From NCBI GenBank assembly GCA_965249555.1, contig OZ252243.1, positions 1,728,001-1,792,000 of the forward strand: a stretch of DNA of 64,000 nt. Direction: 5' to 3'. Of this stretch, positions 21,393-32,302 are shown one piece after another. Position 1 is the first letter of the stretch; each line of letters begins with the position of its first letter. The DNA comes from Nitrosopumilus sp. (GTDB lineage: Archaea > Thermoproteota > Nitrososphaeria > Nitrososphaerales > Nitrosopumilaceae). Made by a program: the position numbers and the translations under genes. The notes beneath the pieces are model-generated. The model saw nothing but the letters and a program-made list of their open reading frames with translations, searched no databases and was not told where the DNA came from.

Positions 21393-22213
21393 TCATTGCA
21401 AAGCAGCTCACTGCAAAATTGAGTCTGAGAAAATCATTATCATACGTTGGGATATCGCACAACAAATGGTACCATACAAAATCACCCCGAAACATTCCAC
21501 TAAACAAGACCGTATCCCAAATGGTCCAAAAGATTGGAAATGCCAGGCCAACATATGGAACCCGTAGGATGGCTGCAGCCACAGCAAGGGAGCTTGGATT
21601 GCCTGTAAACAGAAAGCAGATTCGCAGAATATTCCACAAGCTAGGCTGGATTGCACCTGCAAAGACCAAAAAAGACATCATGGCATCCAAAAAGAAACTT
21701 TTCAAACCGACTGCGCCAAACCAGTTGTGGCAGACAGATATGACATATGTCTGGTGTGGGGTTGACAGTTGGTGTTACTGCTTTAATGTCATAGATACAT
21801 TTAGCAGAAAATGGATTTCATACACATTTGATGTAACTGCAAGCAAAGATGCTGCAACAGAATCAATCATTCATGCAATTGCAACTTCCAATCCGGATTG
21901 TGCCAAACTGATTATACGGACTGACAATGGTTCGCAATATGTAAGCCGAAAGTTCAAAGAAGCAATCCTGCTTTTGGGTGCAAGACAGGAATTCATCTGG
22001 CACCATACACCACAACAAAATGGTCATGTCGAATCGTTTCATAAAACGTTAAAGAAGGAATATCTCTGGCCACACGAGTTTGAAAATTTCCAATCAGCAC
22101 AAGTAAGAATTGCCAAGGCATTTGAGGATTACAACGATTCCAGGATTCACTCTGCACTTGGATACATCACGCCAGATGAATTTCTGGAAAAATGGGAGAT
22201 GAGACATAAATGA
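21389..22213 (+). CDS. IS3 transposase OrfB
   Basis: Identical protein to 1399..2223. Confidence 0.95.
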   Translation: MIIAKQLTAKLSLRKSLSYVGISHNKWYHTKSPRNIPLNKTVSQMVQKIGNARPTYGTRRMAAATARELGLPVNRKQIRRIFHKLGWIAPAKTKKDIMASKKKLFKPTAPNQLWQTDMTYVWCGVDSWCYCFNVIDTFSRKWISYTFDVTASKDAATESIIHAIATSNPDCAKLIIRTDNGSQYVSRKFKEAILLLGARQEFIWHHTPQQNGHVESFHKTLKKEYLWPHEFENFQSAQVRIAKAFEDYNDSRIHSALGYITPDEFLEKWEMRHK

Positions 22214-23076
22214 GGGTAATGGTATGTAAAATTATGCAAAAAGTGTTCTCATTTAGTGGGGTCCACTCCACATTACTTTATTGTTTTCAGTTAAATCCAC
22301 AACTATGCTATTTCCTCCAAACCTGTGGTTTCCTACATTTGCAGCAAGAATGGGTATTCTATTTTCTAATGCTCTTACCTGAACATACATCTGCCAAGGT
22401 GTTATCCCTCTTTTGACAATTCTGCTTGGAGATAACAACATCTGGGCTCCTTTTTTTACTAGCGTATTTGCAACTTTTGGAAATACCATATCATAGCAAA
22501 TTATTACTCCAAATTTGCACGCAGTATTGAAAATTTTAGCCTTTATTCCAGGTTTTACAGTATCTTGTTCATAATCAAATGGATGAATTTTCTCCTGTCT
22601 ATCTATGAATTCTCCTTCTGGGCCAATTATGGGGGGGCTATAATTGAGGTCTCTCTCTTTGTGATTTCATAAAACGCTCCTGGAATAATCGTCATCGAGA
22701 AATCTTTTGCAATTTTCTTAAAGTCTGAAAACTCTGAATCAAAATCAGAAATTTCATTATTCTTTAGCCATTACTCAGGCAAGCAAACTACCTCTGCCTC
22801 TTTTTTGCCTAGTTTTCTAAGCATCTCTGAGACTGGAAATTCCTTTTTGATTTGTACTGTATGATATAGTTTGAATTAATCCTAATTTTATCATGAATTT
22901 AGAATAACCACTTCATAATTTAAGTAGGCACAATTATAGATCATTTATTTTAAAAAACATCTACTAGAATTTTGACCACTACGAAAAATTTCATAATACA
23001 ACAAGAAAAATTATGCAATTATGTCAACTAAACTTGTTAACCATCGATTATCCTACATGTTGAGAAAATAATATCA

Positions 23077-26000
23077 TTGGTTCATGTTAAAAAAGTTGAG
23101 ATCTTTGGCTTCAAATCATTTGGATTTAAGAATACAACAGTTCAGTTTGAACCTGGTCTTGTATCCATTTCTGGTCCTAATGGTTCAGGCAAGAGTAACA
23201 TCTTGGATGCAATTATGTTTGCAATGGGTGAAAATAAACCAAAAATACTGAGAGTTGATAAACTGCGATCATTAATTCATGATATTGAGGGCAATCGTCG
23301 TGGACCAAAAATGACAAGAACTAGTGTACACTTTGATAATTCCGATAGAAAGATCCCTGTTGATTCTGATAATGTTGAGATTACAAGGGAGATGAGCGAA
23401 CATGGTGAAAGTGTTTATTATCTTAACAAAAAGAAAACAACTCGAAGCCAAGTTATTGATCTACTTGATATGGCAAATGCCGGTTTAAGTCAACTCAATG
23501 CAGTTCAACAAGGAACTGTAACTAGAATTTCTGAATTTACCTCTGAAGAAAAAAGACAAACAATTGAGGATTTAATTGGGTTATCCTATTTTGATGAAAA
23601 AAAGACAGAAGCTCTAAAACAACTAGATGAGGCTGACAGAAGATTTGAAATTGCAGCAGCAAAAATGGGTGAAATCAAAAAAAGAATTGATGAACTTGAG
23701 GAAGAACGAAATCAAAAATTACGACATGATATTTTAGAACGTGAACTTAATCGATACAAGGCAATATCTGCTGCTAATAAAATGAAGGTTGTTTCAAGCC
23801 AAAAAGATACGATTGAGTCTACTTTACACACAACTACTTCTGAGATTACACAATTTGATGATGAACGAGGTGTACTAAGAACTGAGATTGGTGTTTTGGA
23901 GACTGAAAAAGCAAAATCAATGACTGAAGCTAACGATTACAATCAAGAAAAAGCAACACTTGATGCAGAAATAAGCTCTGCCATGGAACAATATGAGATT
24001 GATAATAGTGCAATATCTGCGTCCACAAAAAGACTAGAACAACTTGATAAGAGAATTCCTGAAATTACAACAGAGTTAGAAGAAATTAAAAATACTGCAA
24101 GTGATATTGATAACCAAATTCTAACAATTCAAGAATCCATTGAAGAGACAAATCTTAAGAAAAATAAAATCAATAAAGATGTAGAAATTGTTGATTCTGA
24201 AAGAAATAAAATTCTAACAGAACAATCTGATGTTGCAGCTAAAAAATCTGAGATAGATGATAAAATCAAAACTCTCACTGATCAACTTAATGATGCCAAA
24301 CTCAAACTCTCCAAAGTACAACATGAAAAAGAAGACTCTAAAAATAAAATTAAAATAAATTCTATAAAATTTGATGAATTAGAACAAGGTATTGCTGACC
24401 TATCTGAATCTAAATCAAAGTTTGTATCCATGATGAAAAATAATATTGCAACCATCACTGAACTTAAATCTAGAATTGCTAAATTACAAACAAAAAAATC
24501 AAAAATAAATACTGATGTAGATGAATGGGAATTGATATTAGAAAAAACAAGTAAATCTGCAACTCATTACGAATCAAAAATTAAAACTGTAAAGGGATTC
24601 ATGCATGAAGATTACACTGTTGCAAAATTAAAAGAAGATGCAGACAAACTTGGCATTGAAGGTTTAGTGTATGAAATGATTTCATGGGACAAACAATACG
24701 AACGTTCTGTCTTAGCTGTGAGTTCTGATTGGATTAAGGCAATTGTTGTTAAAGACTTTGCAACTCTACTTGGAATTGCAGAAGCCGCTAGAAGTAAGAA
24801 ACTTCCAAAACTAAAGATTATTCCACTTGATGCTATTCCAAAATTCAAATTGACTTTGCCAAAGGAATCTGGAGTTATAGGTATTCTTGCTGATTATGTA
24901 ACCTGTAATCCAGCTTATTCTACGCTCAAAACGTTCCTATTTGGGAATATTGTGCTTACCGAAACTCGAGAATCTGCTTATAATGTGTCTCAATTAGGAT
25001 ACAAAGCAGTAACCATCGATGGCGAATACTTTGCTGCAAAAGGTGGCACTGTTGTTATTGATATTAATTCAAAAATCTCAAAAATTACAAAACTAATTTC
25101 AATGAGTGGTGATATTGATGGTCTATTCCAATCTATCAGCATGATTAAAAAATACTTACTAAACAAAAAACATTCTTTGAAAAAACTAGATGATTCCATT
25201 CAATCATATGCTGAAAGACTTTCTATTTCAGAAAAATCTCTAACATCAACAAGTGAAAATTATTCTAATTTGAAATCACAAATCACATCTGTAATGCGTA
25301 TAAAAGAACAACTGACAAAAAGAAATTCTGAATTAACTTCAAGAAATACAAACATTGAATCTGAAATGGTTACTACTGAATCCCATATTGAATCCTTACA
25401 TGAACGTATTGCAATTGTAGAAAAAAACTATGCTAGTGGAGAACAAGCTCGTATTGCAAATGAGTTATCTAGAATTAACGTAAAGAAAGTGGATCTTGAG
25501 AAACTATACACCACAATTATGAATGAATATCGTGACAAATCTTCTGAATTAACAACACTCCAAACCCAAGCTAATCAAGAAAAGTCTCAATCTAATCGAC
25601 TTTATGAGGAAGAACGTTCTTTGAACTTAGAACGTCAAGAATCAGAAACAAAGATTCAAGAATTAGAAAAACAAAAAGAACCAAAAAGTGAAATTCTTGT
25701 AAAATTAAGAGAAAAAGAACAAGATCTTATCGCTACTTCTGGTTCGTCAATTGGCCAACTTAAAGAATATGATGATAAACTCAAAATTCTATCTGAAAAA
25801 GATAAAGAATTAACAAAACAAATCAACACCTTAGAGCGCCAATCTGATTCATTGAATCATGATTTACATGATTTGAAAGAAAATGAATCAAAATTACAGC
25901 AAATTCTTTCTGCTTTTGGCTTTGATAAAGACATGGAAACTTTTGATGTTGAACCAATTATTCAAGGATTGACTGCTGAATTGACTTCCCTTAATGCATT

Positions 26001-26601
26001 AAATGCAAAGGCTCCTGAAACATACCTTGAAGTTTCTTATGGTTATCGTTCAATGTCCACAAGAAAGAATTCTCTTGAAGAGGAAAGAAATTCCATTATT
26101 AAATTCCTTGATGATGTTGATAGAGATAAACGACAAACATTTTTGGATGCATTTGATACTGTAGATAAAGAAATTCGTCTAATATTCAATAAAATGACTA
26201 ATGGAAATGCTTGGCTAGAATTGCAAAATGAAGATGACATATTTGATTCTGGAATTTCATATCTAATTCAATTCCCAAACAAACCAAAAAGAGAATCTAC
26301 ATCAATTAGTGGTGGTGAAAAGACATTGGCTGCAATTGTATTTGTACTTGCACTTCAAAAACTAAAACCTTCTCCATTTTACTTGTTTGATGAGGTTGAT
26401 GCACATCTTGATGCTCCTAATTCTGAAAGACTTGCAAAGATCTTAGAGGAGAGATCTAAAGAAAGTCAATTCATTTTGGTATCTCTAAAAGATTCTGTTG
26501 TACAAAAAGCAAAACTGATCTATGGTGTTTTTCCAAAGAATGGTGTTTCACATGTTGTTACTTACAAAGATAAACGAATGCCATCTGTTCGAACTTCCTA
26601 A
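23077..26601 (+). CDS. smc: Chromosome segregation protein SMC
   Basis: GFKSF, Walker A GPNGSGKSN, long coiled coils with hinge, SGGEK, FDEVDAHLD. Confidence 0.96.
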   Translation: MVHVKKVEIFGFKSFGFKNTTVQFEPGLVSISGPNGSGKSNILDAIMFAMGENKPKILRVDKLRSLIHDIEGNRRGPKMTRTSVHFDNSDRKIPVDSDNVEITREMSEHGESVYYLNKKKTTRSQVIDLLDMANAGLSQLNAVQQGTVTRISEFTSEEKRQTIEDLIGLSYFDEKKTEALKQLDEADRRFEIAAAKMGEIKKRIDELEEERNQKLRHDILERELNRYKAISAANKMKVVSSQKDTIESTLHTTTSEITQFDDERGVLRTEIGVLETEKAKSMTEANDYNQEKATLDAEISSAMEQYEIDNSAISASTKRLEQLDKRIPEITTELEEIKNTASDIDNQILTIQESIEETNLKKNKINKDVEIVDSERNKILTEQSDVAAKKSEIDDKIKTLTDQLNDAKLKLSKVQHEKEDSKNKIKINSIKFDELEQGIADLSESKSKFVSMMKNNIATITELKSRIAKLQTKKSKINTDVDEWELILEKTSKSATHYESKIKTVKGFMHEDYTVAKLKEDADKLGIEGLVYEMISWDKQYERSVLAVSSDWIKAIVVKDFATLLGIAEAARSKKLPKLKIIPLDAIPKFKLTLPKESGVIGILADYVTCNPAYSTLKTFLFGNIVLTETRESAYNVSQLGYKAVTIDGEYFAAKGGTVVIDINSKISKITKLISMSGDIDGLFQSISMIKKYLLNKKHSLKKLDDSIQSYAERLSISEKSLTSTSENYSNLKSQITSVMRIKEQLTKRNSELTSRNTNIESEMVTTESHIESLHERIAIVEKNYASGEQARIANELSRINVKKVDLEKLYTTIMNEYRDKSSELTTLQTQANQEKSQSNRLYEEERSLNLERQESETKIQELEKQKEPKSEILVKLREKEQDLIATSGSSIGQLKEYDDKLKILSEKDKELTKQINTLERQSDSLNHDLHDLKENESKLQQILSAFGFDKDMETFDVEPIIQGLTAELTSLNALNAKAPETYLEVSYGYRSMSTRKNSLEEERNSIIKFLDDVDRDKRQTFLDAFDTVDKEIRLIFNKMTNGNAWLELQNEDDIFDSGISYLIQFPNKPKRESTSISGGEKTLAAIVFVLALQKLKPSPFYLFDEVDAHLDAPNSERLAKILEERSKESQFILVSLKDSVVQKAKLIYGVFPKNGVSHVVTYKDKRMPSVRTS

Positions 26602-26624
26602 ATGAATTATTTTTTAAAGAAAAG

Positions 26625-27587
26625 TTAGTCTAGTTTTACAAAACATGCAGCATAATGCTCATCATCTACCTTTTCTAAGTTCGGCTCTTCTTTACACTTC
26701 TCTATAACATAAGGACATCGTGCCCTGAATCTACATCCTTGATACACATCTACATCTGATGGCTCATTTATCCGAATTTTCTTTTCTCTGTGAAGATTAT
26801 CTGGATCTGGTTCTGAAATTGCATCAATTAGTGCCTGTGTGTATGGGTGCTTTGGATTTACTAAAACTTGATCAATTGGTCCCATTTCTACGATTTTACC
26901 TAGATACAAAATTCCTATTCTTTGTCCAAAATATCTGGCCGTTGCCAAATCGTGAGTGATATAGATGAATGAAATGTTGTGTTTTTTCTGCAATTCTTGC
27001 ATCAACTCAAGCATCTCTGCTCTAATTGACACATCTAGCATTGAAACTGGTTCATCTGCTAAGATTATTTTTGGTTTTAGTGCTAATGCTCTTGCCAAAA
27101 CCACTCTCTGTCTTTGTCCTCCTGATAACATATGCGGGTATTTCTTCATCATATCTTCAGCAGGTTCTAACTTTACTTCATGTAAAACTTCAATCACTCT
27201 TTGTAACCTCTCATCTTTATTTCCAATATTATGGATTTCAAGTGGTTCAGAAACAATATTCCCAATTTTCATTCGTGGATTGATAGAGTCATATGGATCT
27301 TGGTGAATCATTTGGCAATTCATTCTGATTTTTTTTAAATTCTTTTGGTCATTATTGATTTCTTGGTCTTCGAAAAAAATTTTCCCGGAATCTGCTTCAA
27401 TTGATTTTAAAATCAACTTTGCGATAGTTGATTTTCCAGAACCTGATTCACCAGCCAACACAAAAACTTCTCCTTTTTCAAGTGAAAATGAAACATCATC
27501 TGTAGCTTTGACTATGGATTTTGAACCAAACAATCCTTTTTTTATAAAGTATTTTTTCAAATGTTCTACTTTGAGTATTTCATTCAT
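26625..27587 (-). CDS. Oligopeptide/dipeptide ABC transporter ATP-binding subunit
   Basis: GESGSGKST, LSGGQRQR, DEPVSMLD, PKHPYT, GCRFRARC. Confidence 0.92.
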   Translation of the reverse strand: MNEILKVEHLKKYFIKKGLFGSKSIVKATDDVSFSLEKGEVFVLAGESGSGKSTIAKLILKSIEADSGKIFFEDQEINNDQKNLKKIRMNCQMIHQDPYDSINPRMKIGNIVSEPLEIHNIGNKDERLQRVIEVLHEVKLEPAEDMMKKYPHMLSGGQRQRVVLARALALKPKIILADEPVSMLDVSIRAEMLELMQELQKKHNISFIYITHDLATARYFGQRIGILYLGKIVEMGPIDQVLVNPKHPYTQALIDAISEPDPDNLHREKKIRINEPSDVDVYQGCRFRARCPYVIEKCKEEPNLEKVDDEHYAACFVKLD

Positions 27588-27683
27588 TGACTATTGTTGA
27601 ATGAAGAAGTATATCAAGAAATATGATTTGTGCGTAAAGACTTGGGATAAAGAATTTATGTTAAACAAATCTGGTTTTAATTC

Positions 27684-28709
27684 TTGAGTAACACAGTTCA
27701 GAAGAATCTTGATTACAAAAAATATGTGGTATCCTCCAAACTTCAATATTTTAAACCACATGCCACTAAAATTGAGAAAACATTTGTCGAGGAAATATCT
27801 TCTAGTTTGAATCAAGATTCTAAATTCATAAATCCAAAGTTCTTTTATGATAAAAAAGGCTCAGATTTGTTTGAAAAAATTTGTTCTTTGCCTGAGTATT
27901 ATCCTACAAGAACTGAAATTTCTATTCTGAGGAAATTACAACCTGAATTATCATCTTACATTGATAAAAATTTTCGATTAGTTGAACTTGGAAGTGGCAC
28001 ATCAGTAAAAACTAGATTAATTCTTGATGTTTTGACAAAATTACATGATACTACAGAGTATTTCCCAATAGATATCTCAGAAATTCTCACAGAAAGTTCT
28101 GAGGAATTACTGAAAAATTATGATGGTTTGCATATTACCGGTATAATTGATACTTATGAAGGGGGTTTAGAATTTCTTAAAACTTTCGATAATAAGAAAA
28201 ATCTGATAATTTTTTTGGGTTCTAGTTTTGGTAATTTTTCTCCAAATGATGGTTACGAATTTTTAAAGAAAATAAATTCTACAATGAAGTCTGGTGATCT
28301 TTTTTTGATTGGACTGGATTTAGTAAAAGACAAACTGATTTTGGAATCTGCATATGATGACTCACAAGGTGTGACTGCAGAATTTAATCTCAATACTCTT
28401 TCTAGAATTAATGATGAACTTGATGCTGATTTTAATTTGCAAAATTTTTCACATCGTGCAATTTACAACAAAGAGAAACAAAGAATTGAGATGTATCTAA
28501 AATCACTGGTAAATCAATCAGTTGCAATATCAAAATCTAATCTTCTATTGAATTTAGAAAAAGATGAATTAATTCATACTGAGCATTCACACAAATACAA
28601 ATTGTCACAAATTCATGAACTACTTGATAGTGTGGGCTTTGAAGTTAAACATACATGGTTAGATGATAACAAGTATTTTTCAGTAACCTTGGTATCAAAA
28701 TGTGTTTAA
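27684..28709 (+). CDS. egtD: L-histidine N-alpha-trimethyltransferase
   Basis: PKFFYD, LPEYYPTRTE, ELGSG, AYDDSQGVTAEFNLN, IHTEHSHKY. Confidence 0.92.
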   Translation: MSNTVQKNLDYKKYVVSSKLQYFKPHATKIEKTFVEEISSSLNQDSKFINPKFFYDKKGSDLFEKICSLPEYYPTRTEISILRKLQPELSSYIDKNFRLVELGSGTSVKTRLILDVLTKLHDTTEYFPIDISEILTESSEELLKNYDGLHITGIIDTYEGGLEFLKTFDNKKNLIIFLGSSFGNFSPNDGYEFLKKINSTMKSGDLFLIGLDLVKDKLILESAYDDSQGVTAEFNLNTLSRINDELDADFNLQNFSHRAIYNKEKQRIEMYLKSLVNQSVAISKSNLLLNLEKDELIHTEHSHKYKLSQIHELLDSVGFEVKHTWLDDNKYFSVTLVSKCV

Positions 28710-28721
28710 CCGTGATTTATC

Positions 28722-29075
28722 ATGAAAATTAGCCAGATATTGAAGGATTCATCCACTCCACAAATAACTAAACATTTGATTAAATTTAGAGATGGCACAA
28801 AAGAAGTAATTGGAAAGTCTGCTCTTGGTGTATTGGCGTGTGAGAGTGATGATCCATCTGTTCATTTGAGCAGAGAGAGATTATTTGTAAGTCATTCTCA
28901 AATAATGAATTCATATGGAATAAAGGATGAAAAAGTATACCCATATCTTACGGGAAATGATTTTAGTTGGGATTATAATTCAGAGTTATCACTAATTATC
29001 AAAAGACTAAATGATTCATACAATTTAACATTCAAAGAAATCGGAGAATTCTTGGGTGTTACATTTGATTTATGA
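28722..29075 (+). CDS. Hypothetical protein
   Basis: 117-aa ORF; LGVLACE...LNDSYNLTFKEIG. Confidence 0.65.
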   Translation: MKISQILKDSSTPQITKHLIKFRDGTKEVIGKSALGVLACESDDPSVHLSRERLFVSHSQIMNSYGIKDEKVYPYLTGNDFSWDYNSELSLIIKRLNDSYNLTFKEIGEFLGVTFDL

Positions 29076-29101
29076 AAACAAGAAAGTGAACTTTTTTTAA
29101 A

Positions 29102-30412
29102 TTAGATATCTTCTGCACATCTAAAACCTGAGGATAACCATCTCTCATCTAATCTAAAGAAATTTCTGTAACTTGCTCTAATTGACATTTTTGGAGTAGC
29201 AAATGAGCCTCCTCTTAACACTTTTTGATTTGAAAACCATTTATCGTTATATTCATCAAATCCTGTTTTGAATCCAGGATATCCAATAAATTCTGATGAT
29301 GTCCATTCCCACACATCTCCAATCATCTGTTGACAACCTGATGTACTTTTGCCACTTGGAAATGCTCCAATTTCAGTACATCCCCAAAAATATGATTCCA
29401 ATAAATTACATTTTTCTTCTGTTGGTTGCTCATTTCCCCAAGGATAGATTGTTTTTTCTTGTGTTTTTTCATTCCAACATGCAGCTTTTTCCCATTCTGC
29501 TTCTGTAGGGAGTCTTTTTCCTGCCCATTTACAATATGCGTCAGCTTCAAAATAACTAACATGACATACAGGTTCATTTGGATTGATTTTCCTAATTCCT
29601 AAAAAGTCCCTTATATTCCATTTGTCATCTATTTTTTCCCAGTACATTGGTGCCATCCATTTACTTTCTTTAACTTTCTCCCAACCATCTGATAACCAAT
29701 ACTTGTATGTCTCATATCCTCCCTCCTCGATAAATTCTAAATATTGTTCATTTGTAACTGGGAACATATCTAACTTGTAATCATTAAGGTAAACTTTGTG
29801 TTCTGGAAGCTCAATGTCATAACAATAGTCTTCTCCGTTGTACCCCATCGTGTATAATCCTCCTTTGATGTGTATTGATTTTTTATCAACACTATTTTGT
29901 TTTGGAATTTCATTTCTTTTTACAGGTCTGTATTGTTCTGCGAGAAGATGTTGTAAATCATACACTAAAAGTTCTTGATGTTGGCATTCATGATGAAATC
30001 CCATTGTGATCAACTTTACTGCATCATCACTCAAAGTTTTAGATTCAATAAAATGCTCTACTCTCTGGTTAGTTGTGTTAAAGTATTGGAATATTTGTTC
30101 AACAGTTGGTCTTGAACTTATTCCTCTTAACCCCTTATCTTGTGGAGTTCCAAATTGTTGATAATAGGAATTAAGATATTCAGAAAATTCATTTGAATAA
30201 AATTCATAATTTTTATCTAATTTACTCATTATTGCTTCATAAATCCAACTAACATGACCAATATGCCATTTTGGTGGACTCGTGAAAAATGCAGTTTGAA
30301 CAACAAAATCATCTTTTTCTAAAGTCTTTACAAGTTCTAATGTTCTACTTCTGGTCTCTCTGAATTGCTCTAGCAATGGTTCTTTTTGTTCTAATTCTGG
30401 ATTTGAAGTCAT
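29102..30412 (-). CDS. egtB: Ergothioneine sulfoxide synthase (DinB_2 + FGE-sulfatase domains)
   Basis: SPPKWHIGH, HHECQHQE (Fe ligands), RLPTEAEWE, RGGSF, GFRC. Confidence 0.9.
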   Translation of the reverse strand: MTSNPELEQKEPLLEQFRETRSRTLELVKTLEKDDFVVQTAFFTSPPKWHIGHVSWIYEAIMSKLDKNYEFYSNEFSEYLNSYYQQFGTPQDKGLRGISSRPTVEQIFQYFNTTNQRVEHFIESKTLSDDAVKLITMGFHHECQHQELLVYDLQHLLAEQYRPVKRNEIPKQNSVDKKSIHIKGGLYTMGYNGEDYCYDIELPEHKVYLNDYKLDMFPVTNEQYLEFIEEGGYETYKYWLSDGWEKVKESKWMAPMYWEKIDDKWNIRDFLGIRKINPNEPVCHVSYFEADAYCKWAGKRLPTEAEWEKAACWNEKTQEKTIYPWGNEQPTEEKCNLLESYFWGCTEIGAFPSGKSTSGCQQMIGDVWEWTSSEFIGYPGFKTGFDEYNDKWFSNQKVLRGGSFATPKMSIRASYRNFFRLDERWLSSGFRCAEDI

Positions 30413-30424
30413 ATTGAAAATCGT

Positions 30425-31879
30425 CTAGTATCCTTTTGCAAAAATTGGAATTGAAATACTTTGTTCTTGACAGTACATGCATTTTTTATTTGTATTTTCA
30501 CTGCTAAATGGAATAACTCTGATATCTGCACCTGTTTCTTCTTTGATTTTTTCTTCACATTCTAATTTCCCACACCAAGGAGCATTAAAGAAACCCCCTT
30601 TATCGATTTTTGATTTGAATTCAGTATAGTCTGAAATGTCTATAGTGTTTGCTTTGGTTTGTTCTCTAGCAATTTTTAGCATATCTGATTGTATCTCATC
30701 TAACATTGTAGAAATTTTTTCAATTTCAGTAAAACCTAAACTTGATTTTTCACGATTGTATCTTTTTGCTATAATTACGCTCTGTTTTTCTATATCTTTA
30801 GGGCCTATCTCTATTCGTACAGGTACTCCTTTCAGTTCACAATCATTGAATTTGTATCCTGGAGATAATTCACTTCTATCATCAACATGTACTCTAATCT
30901 CTTTTGACTTTAGAATTTTTTTAATTTCTTCTACTTTAGGCAATACCTTGTCTTTACCTTCATCATTTTTGTAAATTGGCACAATTACAACTTGTATTGG
31001 TGCTATCTTTGGTGGTAAAACAAGACCTTGATCATCTCCATGAGTCATGATCATCGCGCCAATTAATCTCCAAGAAACTCCCCATGAAGTTTGCCATGCA
31101 AAATGTTCTACATTATCTTTATCTGCAAATTTTATTTCAAATGGTTTTGAAAAATTTTGTCCTAGAAAATGTGATGTGCCCATTTGCAAAGCCTTACCGT
31201 CTGGCATAATTGATTCCATGGTAGTTGTATATACTGCACCTACAAATTTTTCTTTTTCACTTTTCTTTCCTGTTGTTACTGGTATTGCTAATTCTTCTTC
31301 AACAGTTTTTTTATAAATCTCCAAAATTTCCATTACTTCTTCTTCTGCTCCCTCTTGCGTTGTATGTACTGTATGACCTTCTTGCCACAAAAATTCTGAT
31401 GTTCTAAGAAATGGTTTCGTTCCTTTGATCTCTGCTCTTAGTGCACTATTCCAAAAATTCATCTTTAATGGTAAATCTCTCCAACTCTGAATCCATTTGG
31501 CATACATTGTATATGCTAAAGTTTCAGATGTTGGTCTTAATGCAAGCCTATCTCCAACTTCGTTTTCACCTGAATGAGTTACCCAAAATACTTCTGGATT
31601 GAATCCTGCAAAGTGTTTTTGCTCTTTTCCTAATAGTGATTCTGGAATTAGTATGGGCAAAAATCCATTTCTGACTCCATTATTTGCAAATTTTTTATCA
31701 AATGTGTTTCTTAATGACTCCCAAATAGAATATCCGTCTGGTCTAAGAACAATTAGTCCCTTAACTGGTGCATAATCCGCAAGTTTAGCTTTTAGAACTA
31801 TTTGTGTATACCATTCACTAAAATCTTCTTTTTTTGAAACTGTGATGCCTTTGTCTTCTTTACTCAAACTAGAATTCAT
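30425..31879 (-). CDS. proS: Proline--tRNA ligase (archaeal/eukaryotic type)
   Basis: RPTSET, FLRTSEFLWQEGHT, QMGTSH, SWGVSWR, C-terminal FAKGY. Confidence 0.96.
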   Translation of the reverse strand: MNSSLSKEDKGITVSKKEDFSEWYTQIVLKAKLADYAPVKGLIVLRPDGYSIWESLRNTFDKKFANNGVRNGFLPILIPESLLGKEQKHFAGFNPEVFWVTHSGENEVGDRLALRPTSETLAYTMYAKWIQSWRDLPLKMNFWNSALRAEIKGTKPFLRTSEFLWQEGHTVHTTQEGAEEEVMEILEIYKKTVEEELAIPVTTGKKSEKEKFVGAVYTTTMESIMPDGKALQMGTSHFLGQNFSKPFEIKFADKDNVEHFAWQTSWGVSWRLIGAMIMTHGDDQGLVLPPKIAPIQVVIVPIYKNDEGKDKVLPKVEEIKKILKSKEIRVHVDDRSELSPGYKFNDCELKGVPVRIEIGPKDIEKQSVIIAKRYNREKSSLGFTEIEKISTMLDEIQSDMLKIAREQTKANTIDISDYTEFKSKIDKGGFFNAPWCGKLECEEKIKEETGADIRVIPFSSENTNKKCMYCQEQSISIPIFAKGY

Positions 31880-31928
31880 TGAATTAATTTAACTAATGAG
31901 CTTTTCGAGAGAATTTTGATATTTTAGA

Positions 31929-32216
31929 TTATTTTAGTGGGTCACCTTTGCAAAGTACTTTACCCATGACCCTACTTTGGAAATTTGGACACACAAAACA
32001 TTGAACGAAGTGAATATCTTCCTTCAAAACTGGGCATTTTACAAATTCCTGTTTCATTCTTTTGAGCATTTTTGGACTAACTCCTTTCAGTTTTAATTTT
32101 CCTTTCTCGTCCATCATTCCTCCTGCTTTCATCTCGTCTTTGACTTTATCTGTGAGTTTGTGCCTTCCTTCTCTTTCTTTAATGTCAACTTCGTATTTGT
32201 GTTCTAATTCGCCCAT
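31929..32216 (-). CDS. Hypothetical Cys-rich protein
   Basis: CPV...CFVCPNF...C. Confidence 0.65.
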   Translation of the reverse strand: MGELEHKYEVDIKEREGRHKLTDKVKDEMKAGGMMDEKGKLKLKGVSPKMLKRMKQEFVKCPVLKEDIHFVQCFVCPNFQSRVMGKVLCKGDPLK

Positions 32217-32302
32217 ATACTGTACAATAAAAATGGGTGATTTATTACTAGCGTCTTTTAGATCTAAAAAAAGTTTAAACTTTAATATAATTAGATTTTT
32301 TT

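Larger units (their letters stand above)
21030..22270 (+). mobile_element. IS3-family insertion sequence, copy 2 (1241 bp)
   Basis: Same termini and identical ORF translations as copy 1; 4-bp target duplication CATT at 21026-21029 and 22271-22274. Confidence 0.95.
20912..22894 (-). pseudogene. Carbon-nitrogen hydrolase (nitrilase family), disrupted
   Basis: Glu-Lys-Cys triad motifs (CLPE, QEKIHPF, IICYDMVFP) and RALEN. In-frame TAA at 22771-22773, frameshifts, and IS3 copy 2 inserted near the 3' end (tail at 20912-21029). Confidence 0.85.

Noticed and set aside
1342-22270. Composite transposon carrying the 18-kb interval
   Set aside because: Each IS has its own distinct matched target duplication and the cargo is core genes.
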